A stretch of DNA of 54,551 nucleotides from Candidatus Limnocylindrales bacterium (GTDB lineage Bacteria; Patescibacteriota; Microgenomatia; Levybacterales; UBA12049): positions 1 to 54,551 of the forward strand of contig DATLDE010000008.1 of assembly GCA_035526025.1 (NCBI GenBank). Reading direction: 5' to 3'. The stretch's first letter is position 1; the number at the start of each line of letters is the position of its first letter. This document shows, piece after piece, positions 1 through 9,683 of this stretch. The notes under the pieces are model-generated. The model worked only from the letters and a program-made list of their open reading frames with translations, ran no database searches and had not been told where the DNA came from. The position numbers and the translations under genes were made by a program.

Positions 1-160
1 CTTTGTAATCCAAATGGATTCCAGTTATCATCTACATCACCTCCTATCATGCTGTACCTAATCTTAGCAATCCTTAAACACGCATTTCTGTAGATGATAT
101 ATTTTTGCCGAAAGTGTATACCATGTGCTGACCTGTGCACATAATTCCGCAAGTTCCATG

Positions 161-189
161 TTGCAATACCTTGATTGTTTTTGTATAAT
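161..189 (+). promoter_or_regulatory. sigma70-type promoter upstream of rpsB
   Basis: TTGCAA (161-166), 17-nt spacer, TATAAT (184-189). Confidence 0.75.
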
Positions 190-202
190 ACATACTATCT
201 TT

Positions 203-254
203 ACACATCTGGTTTTATTCCCTGAATTAAAACAAAATGTAATCAGATGGATGC
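203..254 (+). promoter_or_regulatory. Structured rpsB 5' leader (possible S2 autoregulatory, t44-like element)
   Basis: CATCTG (206-211) pairs with CAGATG (244-249) and GTTTTA (212-217) with TAAAAC (228-233). It lies between the promoter and the rpsB start. Structured leaders at this position are known in other bacteria; family assignment is inference. Confidence 0.45.
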
Positions 255-267
255 AAAAGGGAAAAAT

Positions 268-1230
268 ATGAGAAACGTAACTCTTGAAGAATTACTTGAA
301 GCTGGTTGCCATTTTGGTCACCAAGTTTCACGTCAAAATCCAAAAGCCTCAGAATACATCTTCGAAACCCGTGATGGGATCCATATAATTGACCTTGAAA
401 AAACCAAAGAAGGGCTTGAAGAAGCAGGTAAATTTGTCCGTGATTTAGCCAAGAAAGGTGGAACTATCCTAGTTCTTGGTACCAAAAGACAGGCTGAGAC
501 AATTCTTAAAGAAGAACTAAAGAGAATTGATCAGGATTCTATGAAGGGTCTGTATTTTGTTACCAAGAGATGGATCGGCGGAACTCTTACCAACTTCTCA
601 GAAGTTGCTAAGAATTTCAAAAAATTAACAGATATCTCATATAGACTTCAGGACGAGAATGAAAAAGCAAGTTATACAAAAAAAGAAATAAGCGATTGGG
701 ATAAATCCCGCATAAAACTGGAAAGTTTTTATGGAGGAATTGCAGACATGACCCGTGTTCCAGATGCATTATTTATAATCGATACGCATCAGGAAAGAGC
801 AGCAGCTGAAGAAGCTCTGAAAATGGGGACTCCAACAGTCGGTATCACAGACACAAATTCAGATCCTTTGATAATTAATTACCCAATCCCGGCAAATGAC
901 GATGCTGTCGGCAGTTTGAAGCTTGTTATTAGTTATATTTTTGACTCGTGGATCGAGGGGAAGAAGGCCTACAAAGTGGCAGCTGATCAGGCAGAAGCTG
1001 CTGCTTCCAAAGAGGCAGAAGCGGAAGCAAAGAAAGCCAAAGCTGCTGAAAAACCACAGGCTGATTTCTTCGGAATAAATGAGGAAAAAAAGGAGTCGAA
1101 AGCGGAAGATAAAAAAGCTGAAAAGCCCGATGAAAAAGTAATTGACAAGAAATCAGATGAGAAACCTAAGAAAGCTGCGGTTAAAAAAGAAAAAGTAGAA
1201 AAGAAAGCTACAAAGAAAGTTTCAAAATAA
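268..1230 (+). CDS. rpsB: 30S ribosomal protein S2 with long Lys/Glu/Ala-rich C-terminal tail
   Basis: LLEAGCHFGH, RWIGGTLTNF, DTNSDP and PIPANDD motifs. ATG 268 preferred over the track start 247 because it leaves the structured leader untranslated. Confidence 0.98.
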   Translation: MRNVTLEELLEAGCHFGHQVSRQNPKASEYIFETRDGIHIIDLEKTKEGLEEAGKFVRDLAKKGGTILVLGTKRQAETILKEELKRIDQDSMKGLYFVTKRWIGGTLTNFSEVAKNFKKLTDISYRLQDENEKASYTKKEISDWDKSRIKLESFYGGIADMTRVPDALFIIDTHQERAAAEEALKMGTPTVGITDTNSDPLIINYPIPANDDAVGSLKLVISYIFDSWIEGKKAYKVAADQAEAAASKEAEAEAKKAKAAEKPQADFFGINEEKKESKAEDKKAEKPDEKVIDKKSDEKPKKAAVKKEKVEKKATKKVSK

Positions 1231-1232
1231 TT

Positions 1233-1294
1233 TTGTCATTCTGAGGCTTAGCCGAAGAATCTAAATAGATCCTTCACTTTGTTCAGGATGACAA
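1233..1294. repeat. REP-like nested palindrome between rpsB and tsf
   Basis: Outer arms TTGTCATTCTGA (1233-1244) / TCAGGATGACAA (1283-1294) and inner arms GAAGAATCT (1254-1262) / AGATCCTTC (1267-1275), each with one G-U type mismatch. Confidence 0.8.
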
Positions 1295-1306
1295 CTAGAT
1301 AAATGT

Positions 1307-1762
1307 ATGGCAAATATTGATCTTAAAACACTTAAAAAACTTAGAGATGAAACAGCCGCATCAATCGTTGATTGTCGTGTAGCGCTTGATGAATCCGGGG
1401 GAGATTACAAAAAAGCTTTGGAGTGGCTTAAAAAAAGAGGAATTGAAAAAGCATCAAAAAAATCAGGACGCTCAACAGGTGAGGGATTGGTTGAAGCATA
1501 CATACATAATGGGGGAAAAATCGGAGTACTTGTTACTGTAAATTGTGAGACTGATTTCGTAGCCAAGACTGAAGAATTTAAGCAATTGGCTCATGAAGTT
1601 GCTATGCAAATCTCAGCGATGAACCCATCAAGCGTTGAAGAACTTCTAAAGCAAGATAACATTCGTGATTCAAGCATAACAATTGATCAGCTTATCAAAT
1701 CCGCTATCGGGAAATTGGGAGAAAATATAACCATCGGCGACTTCAAAAGATTTGAAATATAG
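1307..1762 (+). CDS. tsf: Elongation factor Ts (short form, 151 aa)
   Basis: KLRDET..DCR..L N-terminal domain, EGLV, VNCETDFVAK and KLGENI motifs; follows rpsB. Confidence 0.97.
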   Translation: MANIDLKTLKKLRDETAASIVDCRVALDESGGDYKKALEWLKKRGIEKASKKSGRSTGEGLVEAYIHNGGKIGVLVTVNCETDFVAKTEEFKQLAHEVAMQISAMNPSSVEELLKQDNIRDSSITIDQLIKSAIGKLGENITIGDFKRFEI

Positions 1763-1772
1763 ATATACTAAT

Positions 1773-2339
1773 ATGGGTTTCCTCGAGAGAAGAATAAGTG
1801 GCTATAGGGAAGTAGCGGAGTTCAAAAGACAAATTCCACATCGTGCTGAAAAACCAGAGTTGGCAGATCCAGATAAATTTTATGCGGAAAAAGCGTTGGA
1901 GGCAGAAGGCGTTTTGCACGCTATTGTCTCTGCTGTTAAAGGTCATAGGCAAAGAAATCCTCAACATCAGGTAGAAGTTGATGTCACAACGATTCAAAAC
2001 GGTGAAGGAGAGGAAAAAATGAGCCCTGTAGCCCGGATTCGCTGGAGATCACGCGACCATAAATCTCCCACGGGATGGGTCAAAAGTGGTGTAAATGTAG
2101 TCTTACACGATGCATGGGATGGCGTTGTGAAAATAATTCATTCGGTTCATCCTTATAATCAAGGTCAAAGTAATCCAGTAGGAGTTTGGAAAAATTTTGA
2201 AGCAAGCGGTGATAACGCAGATACTCCTCTGGATGAGCAAATAGGAAGTGCAATGTCGGAAGCAAGCGGAGATGATCCAAATATGTTAAAATTATTAAAA
2301 GGGAAAACAGGAAGACAAATAGGACCTGGGAAAAAATAA
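1773..2339 (+). CDS. Hypothetical protein at the usual pyrH position
   Basis: Open frame filling the tsf-frr gap; ATG 1773 follows the tsf stop. No recognisable motif and no UMP kinase (KLSGE) signature. Confidence 0.7.
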   Translation: MGFLERRISGYREVAEFKRQIPHRAEKPELADPDKFYAEKALEAEGVLHAIVSAVKGHRQRNPQHQVEVDVTTIQNGEGEEKMSPVARIRWRSRDHKSPTGWVKSGVNVVLHDAWDGVVKIIHSVHPYNQGQSNPVGVWKNFEASGDNADTPLDEQIGSAMSEASGDDPNMLKLLKGKTGRQIGPGKK

Positions 2340-2345
2340 ATCATT

Positions 2346-2897
2346 ATGGATCCGTTGGCAGAAAATACAAAGAAAAAAATTGATAAGGTTCTTGATATCC
2401 TCAAAGGAGATCTGGATACCATCCGCACTGGTCGTGCGGCACCATCACTTGTTGAAAATATAATTATTTCAGCCTACGGAGGATCTACCAAGTTGAAAGT
2501 AATGGAGCTCGCGACAGTTGGAGCAATGGACGCACAGACGCTTGTCATCACCCCATTTGATCCGTCAATCATAAATGAGATCGCCAAAGGAATTGAGGCT
2601 GCAAATGCTGGATTTACTCCAAGTGTTGATGGTAATTTGATCCGTATCAGTATCCCCCCACTTTCACAGGAAAGACGTGAAGAGCTTATAAAAGCTATGC
2701 GTCTCAAGCTTGAAAATGGGAAAATTATGGTACGTCAGGTAAGGCATGAAGCTATGGAAGAGATTAAAAAGGAATATGCTGGAAGAGAAGATGACATAAG
2801 CCGTGTTGAGAAGGAAGTTCAGAAATTAGTTGATGATACGGTCGAGACAATTGAGTCTTGGGGCAAGCAAAAAGAGCAGGAGTTAATGCAAATTTAG
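2346..2897 (+). CDS. frr: Ribosome recycling factor
   Basis: IRTGRAAP, ITPFD, IPPLSQERR and VRQVR motifs. Confidence 0.98.
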   Translation: MDPLAENTKKKIDKVLDILKGDLDTIRTGRAAPSLVENIIISAYGGSTKLKVMELATVGAMDAQTLVITPFDPSIINEIAKGIEAANAGFTPSVDGNLIRISIPPLSQERREELIKAMRLKLENGKIMVRQVRHEAMEEIKKEYAGREDDISRVEKEVQKLVDDTVETIESWGKQKEQELMQI

Positions 2898-2900
2898 ATT

Positions 2901-3857
2901 TTAATTTTTCTTACCAAGATTCATTCGTTTGGAAAGTCTTGATATTATACCTCCTCGGTAACCCTCAGTTCTATCTGCATATGAATAAAGTAATTCTAGA
3001 TAATTATTTATTTCACCTTTTCTTTTTTGGTCACTTGGTAAGCCACTGATTTTTATTAAATCTTCAATTATCGCCTGTGCGTAACCATAAACAAGCTCTT
3101 TGTCGTCTTCAGAAACTTTTTTACCTTCTTTCATTGCCGTAACATGTGCTTTGATTTTATCAATTGTGTCCATGCGGGCTGTGGGCAGGTCTAGAGATTC
3201 ACGTAAATCCCTCAATGTATTTTTACTAAACGGAATACTAGGATCGTCATCCGGTTTTTTTGTGTGTATTGCCCAAGTTCCATCTTCTCTTTTAACTGCA
3301 TATACTTCTTCTGCATCATCCATTTTTGGGTGTTTCCAAAAGAATTGCTGCGTAATATCTGCTGCTTCTCTCAGTACTCTTTTCTCAGGATGTAGCTTAT
3401 CCTGCTCTTTTTGTCTATCTAGAACATCATTTTTATTTCCGTCTAAAATATCCTCTAAATGCTCAAATTTAAAAGCCTCAGGATTTTCCTTAAGTTTATT
3501 TTTAATATCCTCGGGCGATACCCTAGCTAATTCTTCCTGAGTTAATCCGAGGCAGTCTTGTATTGCTTTTTGCATTGCTTGTTCAGAGTTTTCAAATCTG
3601 GGAACAACAGGAGTCTCATTGCCGAGCTGTGCTTCCAGAGAGCTAATTATATTTGTTGCTGGAGCAGCCTCACGAGGTCTAAATCCGGTATGACGATCTG
3701 CATTTTTGCTTTTATGAAAATGATCAAATCCTCTTATTGCATCAGGCCTGAAAGGGTTATGAGGGGATAGTTGATTTTCCTGAATGGAATGCTTGTTGAC
3801 AAAGCTCTCACCTTGACTTTTTTGATCATTTTCTCCACCACCTTCACCGCTACTCAT
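2901..3857 (-). CDS. Hypothetical protein (charged, helical)
   Basis: Long ORF filling the frr-rseP gap, convergent with frr. ATG 3857 is preferred to the track start 3893. Confidence 0.7.
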   Translation of the reverse strand: MSSGEGGGENDQKSQGESFVNKHSIQENQLSPHNPFRPDAIRGFDHFHKSKNADRHTGFRPREAAPATNIISSLEAQLGNETPVVPRFENSEQAMQKAIQDCLGLTQEELARVSPEDIKNKLKENPEAFKFEHLEDILDGNKNDVLDRQKEQDKLHPEKRVLREAADITQQFFWKHPKMDDAEEVYAVKREDGTWAIHTKKPDDDPSIPFSKNTLRDLRESLDLPTARMDTIDKIKAHVTAMKEGKKVSEDDKELVYGYAQAIIEDLIKISGLPSDQKRKGEINNYLELLYSYADRTEGYRGGIISRLSKRMNLGKKN

Positions 3858-3917
3858 ACTATTTAGACTATAGAATTTTGGGCTTGTTTGCAAGTCTCTA
3901 CATGTTATAATGTATGA

Positions 3918-5093
3918 ATGCTTACGGGTTTGATTTTTCTTCTAATTCTCTCTGTTCTTGTTCTTATTCATGAAGCGGGGCATTTTTTTGTAGCTAAGAA
4001 ATTGGGTATAAAAGTTGAGGAATTTGGTTTTGGGCTTCCCCTGACAAAGGCACTATTTTCTGTAAAAAGAGGGGAGACTACATATTCTTTTTATCCGGCA
4101 CTTATAGGAGGATTTGTAAAATTATATGGTGAAGATGAGGCTGGTGCGGGAAGGATAAAAGTTAAGGAGCATAAGGAAGTATCAAAAGACAAAGACAGAG
4201 CATTTTTCTCACGGCCCATATGGCAGAGAGTTGCAGTGATTGTTGCTGGAGTCGTGATGAATACAGTTCTTGCTGTAGCGATTTACTATTCATTTCTGGG
4301 GATTACAAATTTCAGGACAGAAATTCCACTTCTTGGGGACCATAAGTTTTTTGCAGTAAATCAGCAGAATAAATCTGAGATTATAATCAGTGACGTTGCA
4401 AAAGATTCACCGGCTGAAAAAGCAAAAGTAAAACCTTTATCAAAAATACTGAGTGTAAACGGTCAAAAAGTGGCAACAATGGATTTCTTTATAGAGTTCA
4501 TAAAAAAGAACAAGGGACAGGAAGTTATTTTGGAATTACAGGATTTGAAGACCAGTGATAAGCAAACCATAAAACTTACTCCACGAGTAAATCCTCCGAA
4601 GAATCAGGGAGCACTAGGCGTCTCCTTTTTTCCCATAAAAACAGCAGTACTGACATATGAAACACAAGCTCAGAAATTATTTTCAGGATTTACGCATCCT
4701 CTGAATTTGATGAGTTACAATTTTGACGTGATGGGAAAGCTAATCGCAACCTCGATTAAGGATAAAACTGCTGAGCCAATAAGCCAGGGGGTTTCAGGGC
4801 CAGTTGGGATTTATTCAGTAGTTGGTGAGATAATAAATATTCCCAATATGAGAGAGCGCGTATTGCAGCTTTTGAACTTGGCAGGGCTTTTATCAATTTC
4901 TTTGGCATTTTTCAATGTGTTACCGATTCCAGGACTTGATGGTGGACGTCTGTTCTTCATAATCATAGAAGCTGTGACCAGAAAAAAATTAAATCCCAAA
5001 TTTGAAGCCTATGCAAATGCAATCGGGATGGCAGTTCTTATTGGTCTTATAATTCTCGTAACTTTCAAAGACCTCTTTCAGATATTAAAATAA
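3918..5093 (+). CDS. rseP: Site-2 intramembrane metalloprotease (M50) with PDZ domain
   Basis: HEAGH zinc motif, GGFVKLYGE, AGVVMN, PDZ-like DSPAEKA segment and NVLPIPGLDGG. Confidence 0.93.
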   Translation: MLTGLIFLLILSVLVLIHEAGHFFVAKKLGIKVEEFGFGLPLTKALFSVKRGETTYSFYPALIGGFVKLYGEDEAGAGRIKVKEHKEVSKDKDRAFFSRPIWQRVAVIVAGVVMNTVLAVAIYYSFLGITNFRTEIPLLGDHKFFAVNQQNKSEIIISDVAKDSPAEKAKVKPLSKILSVNGQKVATMDFFIEFIKKNKGQEVILELQDLKTSDKQTIKLTPRVNPPKNQGALGVSFFPIKTAVLTYETQAQKLFSGFTHPLNLMSYNFDVMGKLIATSIKDKTAEPISQGVSGPVGIYSVVGEIINIPNMRERVLQLLNLAGLLSISLAFFNVLPIPGLDGGRLFFIIIEAVTRKKLNPKFEAYANAIGMAVLIGLIILVTFKDLFQILK

Positions 5094-5104
5094 TTTTTAA
5101 TCCT

Positions 5105-5863
5105 ATGTTTGCAAAAATAGAGGAACTATTTAAGAAAAAAAATGTATTTTCCCACAAAAATCAGGGGATTACAGTTGCAAAAGTAATAGAGCCCGCTTCA
5201 GGCCTCGAGCTAGCCAAAGAAATTTTGTATCAGATCATAGACAGGAAAACAGTAATTTATCTTTCAGGAGGTAGCGTTGCAGAGCTTTATAAATTGTTAG
5301 CTAAGGAAGAAAAGATTCTACCAGGTGCTGTAGGGCTGATTGATGAAAGATATGGTGATCCGCTCCATTCAAATAGTAATCAGCTTCTCATAAAAAATAC
5401 GGGGCTTCTTCGGTATTTGGATATTCTTGATATACCGTTTTATTCTATGCTTCAAGGATTGCCACGGGTTGAAACCGCAGAGATTTATGATCAGAAAATT
5501 AGAGAACTTAACGCAAATTTTCCTAAAAGTGTTGGGATTTTGGGAATTGGACCGGATGGTCATATCTCAGGCATAGCACCAAATAGAAGCGATTTTAAAA
5601 ACCCTGTTTTTGATGCGGAACAAAAGACTTTATTGGTCTCAGAGTTCAATGATAAGACAGGGAAGTTTAAAGAACGTGTAACTACCACATTTTTAGGGCT
5701 TGAAATGCTTGATTTGATGATAGTGATAGCTTTTGGTTCTGCAAAGCAGAATGCGCTGGATCTAATGTTCGAAGACGGAAAGGAAGAAGATATACCAGCT
5801 AGATTCTTAAGAAGACCGGGCGTTGCTGAGAAAACCCTTTTAATTACCGACCAAAACGTTTAG
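5105..5863 (+). CDS. pgl: 6-phosphogluconolactonase / glucosamine-6P isomerase family protein
   Basis: LSGG, DERY and ILGIGPDGH motifs; directly upstream of zwf. Confidence 0.8.
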   Translation: MFAKIEELFKKKNVFSHKNQGITVAKVIEPASGLELAKEILYQIIDRKTVIYLSGGSVAELYKLLAKEEKILPGAVGLIDERYGDPLHSNSNQLLIKNTGLLRYLDILDIPFYSMLQGLPRVETAEIYDQKIRELNANFPKSVGILGIGPDGHISGIAPNRSDFKNPVFDAEQKTLLVSEFNDKTGKFKERVTTTFLGLEMLDLMIVIAFGSAKQNALDLMFEDGKEEDIPARFLRRPGVAEKTLLITDQNV

Positions 5864-5875
5864 AATTGAATCAGA

Positions 5876-7321
5876 ATGAACTCTCCATTTGTACTTGTCA
5901 TTTTTGGAGCAACGGGGGATCTTGCTCAGCATAAATTGATTCCTGCACTCTTTTCTCTTTTCAAGCAAAAGCAACTTGGTTCAGAATTCTACATAGTCGG
6001 ATTTGCCAGGCGTGAATTCAGCAATGAAGATTATGCTCATATGCTTGGAGATGAGCTTGAGACGCATAAAGACCCAGACTGGGCAGAGTTTTCAAAAAAT
6101 ATCTTTTACCAGCAGGGCTTGTTTGATGAAGAAAAAGGTTATAAGGAACTTATAGATACGCTTGCTGGATTTGATAAAAAAATTGGGGCATGCATCACAA
6201 GGCTTTTTTATCTGGCTACACCTCCTGATAATTATCTTTCAATTCTTAATAATCTAAAAGAAAGCAAGCTTTCAGAAGGCTGCGGGCAGGGATCTGAGAA
6301 ATTCACTAGACTTGCTATTGAGAAACCATTTGGCCGCAATCTTGAGACAGCACAGGAGCTAGATATGAAGCTTGCTGATATTTTTGAAGAACACCAGATT
6401 TACAGAGTCGATCATTATCTTGGAAAAGAGACAGTGCAGAATATGATCGCGTTTCGCTTTGCCAATAATATTTTTGAACCTGTGTGGAATAAAAATTACA
6501 TTGATCATGTTCAGATAACAATGGCTGAGATAGAAGGTGTCAGAACAAGAGGGAAATTCTTTGATGGTGTTGGGATACTTCGTGACATTGTGCAAAATCA
6601 TCTACTTCAACTTTTGGCAACTGTTGCCATGGAGCAACCGGCAAGCTTCTCAAAAGAAGGCGTACGGGACGCACGAGCCAATGCGATTAAAGCCATAAGA
6701 CCGATTGAGCCGGCTGATGTGTCAAAATATGTAGTAAGAGGTCAATATGAGGGGTATAGAGATGAAAAAGATGTAAAAAAAGATTCAAATACCGATACTT
6801 TTGCAGCAATGAAATTATTTGTTGATACTCCGAGATTCGAAAATGTTCCATTTTATATCAGAACAGGTAAAAAAATGCCCAAAGAAGTTATGGAAATCTC
6901 AATTATCTTTATACAGACCTGCCATTTATTATTTAAAGAATACGGATGCCCTGAAATAGGAAATGTTCTGACTATCAGGGTTCAGCCTGATGAAGGAATA
7001 GGAATGAGAGTAATTACCAAACAGCCTGGAAGTAAGGTCGCACTCGGCAGTGTAGATATGAAATTTACCTACAAAGAATCATTTGGAGAAAAAATTGTTG
7101 ACGCTTACGAAAAGCTTCTTTTGGATATTTTCCATGCTGATCAGATGCTTTTTAACAGATCAGATGAGCTTGAAAGCTCATGGAGATTGATATCCAATGT
7201 CTTAACTGGTTGGGATTCTGCAGGGAAAAATTCAGAAATTCCAATTTATGAACCGGGATCATGGGGACCAAAAGAAGCAAATGAACTCATTGAAAAAGAC
7301 GGGAAAAAATGGCTTAAGTAG
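5876..7321 (+). CDS. zwf: Glucose-6-phosphate 1-dehydrogenase
   Basis: IFGATGDLA, IEKPFG, YRVDHYLGKE, RDIVQNH and FYIRTGK motifs. Confidence 0.98.
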   Translation: MNSPFVLVIFGATGDLAQHKLIPALFSLFKQKQLGSEFYIVGFARREFSNEDYAHMLGDELETHKDPDWAEFSKNIFYQQGLFDEEKGYKELIDTLAGFDKKIGACITRLFYLATPPDNYLSILNNLKESKLSEGCGQGSEKFTRLAIEKPFGRNLETAQELDMKLADIFEEHQIYRVDHYLGKETVQNMIAFRFANNIFEPVWNKNYIDHVQITMAEIEGVRTRGKFFDGVGILRDIVQNHLLQLLATVAMEQPASFSKEGVRDARANAIKAIRPIEPADVSKYVVRGQYEGYRDEKDVKKDSNTDTFAAMKLFVDTPRFENVPFYIRTGKKMPKEVMEISIIFIQTCHLLFKEYGCPEIGNVLTIRVQPDEGIGMRVITKQPGSKVALGSVDMKFTYKESFGEKIVDAYEKLLLDIFHADQMLFNRSDELESSWRLISNVLTGWDSAGKNSEIPIYEPGSWGPKEANELIEKDGKKWLK

Positions 7322-7402
7322 TATGAAGGGGTAAGTATAAAGCATCCAGTAATTAACTACCCTTTATACTTAATACCAAATACTTTATACTGATTATATA
7401 CT

Positions 7403-8320
7403 ATGCAGATAGCAATTCTTGGACTTGAAAAGATGGGCAGAATGCTCACAGAAAAACTTCTGACCGCGGGGCATGAAGTAGTTGTGTGGAACAGGACCCG
7501 GGAAAGTCTCGATGCGATTAGAATTGAAGACGCAGAATATGTAGTAAATCAAAAACTTATCCTCGCATATACTATTGATGAACTCAGGAACGTACTCAGA
7601 AAACCCCGTATTGTCTGGTGCATGATGCCATCTGGTGAGCCAACAGAAACAGTTATTCAGCAGTTGAACGGCATTATAGAAGCAGGTGACGTTGTGGTGA
7701 ATGGTGGAAATGCAAATTATAAAGACACACAGCGGCATTTTGAAGAATTTGAAAAAAGAGGCATAAAATTTTTGGGGATTGGAATCGCAGGTGGTATACA
7801 TGGTTCAGAGAATGGATATAGTCTGACAGTAGGCGGAAATGAGGATGCATACCAATTTTTGGTTCCAGTTCTTGATAGTCTCTCTGAGCCAAATGGAATA
7901 CATGGATATTTTGGCACAGGTGGTGCAGGTCATTTTGTAAAAATGGTACACAATGGAATCGAATATGGAATGATGCAGTCTATTGCAGAAGGGTTGGCGA
8001 TATTAAAAAAATCTGATTATCAGATAAGTCTTGAAGACTCAGTTACAGCATGGCAGGAAGGAGGCATTATCTCAAGCTTTTTACTTGATATGGTGCTAGA
8101 TGCATTGAGTAAAGATCCTGAATTCTCGCAATTTGATGGTGTAATCGGATCTTCCTTAAGCGGAAAGTGGGCAGTTGAGCAGGCAAAGACCACAAATATC
8201 TCAGTTCCCGTAATTGAGCAGTCGCTTGCATTTCGGGAAAGATCTCAGTATGATAAAGCTATACAAGAAACTTTTATAGCAAAAGCATTACAAGCAATGC
8301 TAAAGGAGTGGAAAGGATAA
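7403..8320 (+). CDS. gnd: 6-phosphogluconate dehydrogenase, short decarboxylating type (divergent cofactor motifs)
   Basis: GAGHFVKMVHNGIEYGMMQSIAEG signature and position after zwf. The Rossmann motif reads GLEKMG. Confidence 0.85.
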   Translation: MQIAILGLEKMGRMLTEKLLTAGHEVVVWNRTRESLDAIRIEDAEYVVNQKLILAYTIDELRNVLRKPRIVWCMMPSGEPTETVIQQLNGIIEAGDVVVNGGNANYKDTQRHFEEFEKRGIKFLGIGIAGGIHGSENGYSLTVGGNEDAYQFLVPVLDSLSEPNGIHGYFGTGGAGHFVKMVHNGIEYGMMQSIAEGLAILKKSDYQISLEDSVTAWQEGGIISSFLLDMVLDALSKDPEFSQFDGVIGSSLSGKWAVEQAKTTNISVPVIEQSLAFRERSQYDKAIQETFIAKALQAMLKEWKG

Positions 8321-8321
8321 C

Positions 8322-8786
8322 ATGGACGAAACACCAGTACATACAGAAGAAACAGTAACGGTTTCATCAACTCTACCGCCACAAGATGTGGTTACTAGCA
8401 CGACAACAGTTGTTCCACCTCCCGGAGTACCAAATCCAACACAAAAAGTATTTCAAAAAAAGAAAAAGATATTTAGAGCCTATCAAATAATATGGTTTCT
8501 CCTTGCAGTGATTGAGATACTTTTGGCATTTAGGATGCTTCTAAAAGCGCTTGGTTCAGATCCCAAAAGCGGTTTTGCTACATTAATATATGCACTGAGT
8601 GATCCGCTGGCTCTTCCATTTACTGGATTGGTTGGCATCACCCAGACTCAGACGTCGACTTTTGATTGGTCGATCATAATCGCCGCTGCTGTATATGCCT
8701 TGTTAACTTTCGGAATTGTTCAAATCATCCACATGTCAAAGCCTGTAAGCAAGCAGGAAGTCGAACAAACAGTCGACGAGGCATAG
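8322..8786 (+). CDS. YggT-like membrane protein with Thr/Pro-rich N-terminus
   Basis: IEILLAFRMLLKALG...FATLIYALSDPLALPF pattern with two hydrophobic segments; starts 1 nt after the gnd stop. Confidence 0.65.
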   Translation: MDETPVHTEETVTVSSTLPPQDVVTSTTTVVPPPGVPNPTQKVFQKKKKIFRAYQIIWFLLAVIEILLAFRMLLKALGSDPKSGFATLIYALSDPLALPFTGLVGITQTQTSTFDWSIIIAAAVYALLTFGIVQIIHMSKPVSKQEVEQTVDEA

Positions 8787-8929
8787 GATTTACAAAACGG
8801 GATATAAATCATCTATGTTCCGTTCTACTCATTTAACTCCCACTTCATCACCGCTCTACAATGATAAGCAGTTTAGGAGGCAATTGTAGTAAAATCTTCA
8901 AAGCGATTAAACAGGAGAGAATTTTTTTA

Positions 8930-9493
8930 TCAAATCCTACCCCCAAGGAAACTTTCGCTATTCCAAACTCGAGCACTTTGCAATGTAAATATATTTGTTC
9001 TTGTGTCAGGTGATCCCGGTGACTGTTGATTTACTTCAAACGTGCATGCTTTGCTAACGTGTGGTTCCTTCGTTCTTCCTTTATATATCCTTGTAAGTTG
9101 ATCAGGATTTTGATGGGCGAGTGCAAACGCAATAGGGACACCAAGCTTAAGAGATGCAGAAATTAGTCTTCTTGTTTCACCATCACCTACTTTGAAGTCC
9201 AGACACGTCTCACCATTTGAGTTAGCAGCCGTTCTTATTGCAATAGGTTGCCCATATCTGCCTGTGAAGCGGCATTCTTGATCTCCCGCTTCTTCTACAT
9301 CTTCAGGTGTGTACCCAAAATGTTTTGTCAAAATAGCTTTCAACGCATCTCGACTTTCTGTTGGATTGTCCTCACCTTCACCGTCGAAAAATGGATCCTC
9401 CAATGTTTCATCCTGGGATACGCTTAATGCAAGTTGCCGAAAATTAGGTATGTCACCGTCTTTTCCAGGAGATCCTTCAATTGCTTCGTCCAT
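8930..9493 (-). CDS. Hypothetical protein
   Basis: 187-aa ORF with upstream TGGTAGTCT (-10-like) on the minus strand; no motif recognised. Confidence 0.65.
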   Translation of the reverse strand: MDEAIEGSPGKDGDIPNFRQLALSVSQDETLEDPFFDGEGEDNPTESRDALKAILTKHFGYTPEDVEEAGDQECRFTGRYGQPIAIRTAANSNGETCLDFKVGDGETRRLISASLKLGVPIAFALAHQNPDQLTRIYKGRTKEPHVSKACTFEVNQQSPGSPDTRTNIFTLQSARVWNSESFLGGRI

Positions 9494-9683
9494 ACAACTT
9501 CTAGACTACCATGCTGTTTGTTTTTGTCAATAGCAATATTGATCCTGGGGTTAGGCAGTTAATTAATTATTTAGGTGAAAAAAATTAGAAATAAGACTTT
9601 TTCAACTTTAAACTTCCTCAAGATGTAGGTATAACTATCCTGTAGTTTGAAGATCGAGATTATATGTTGTATAATTTGTCGCT

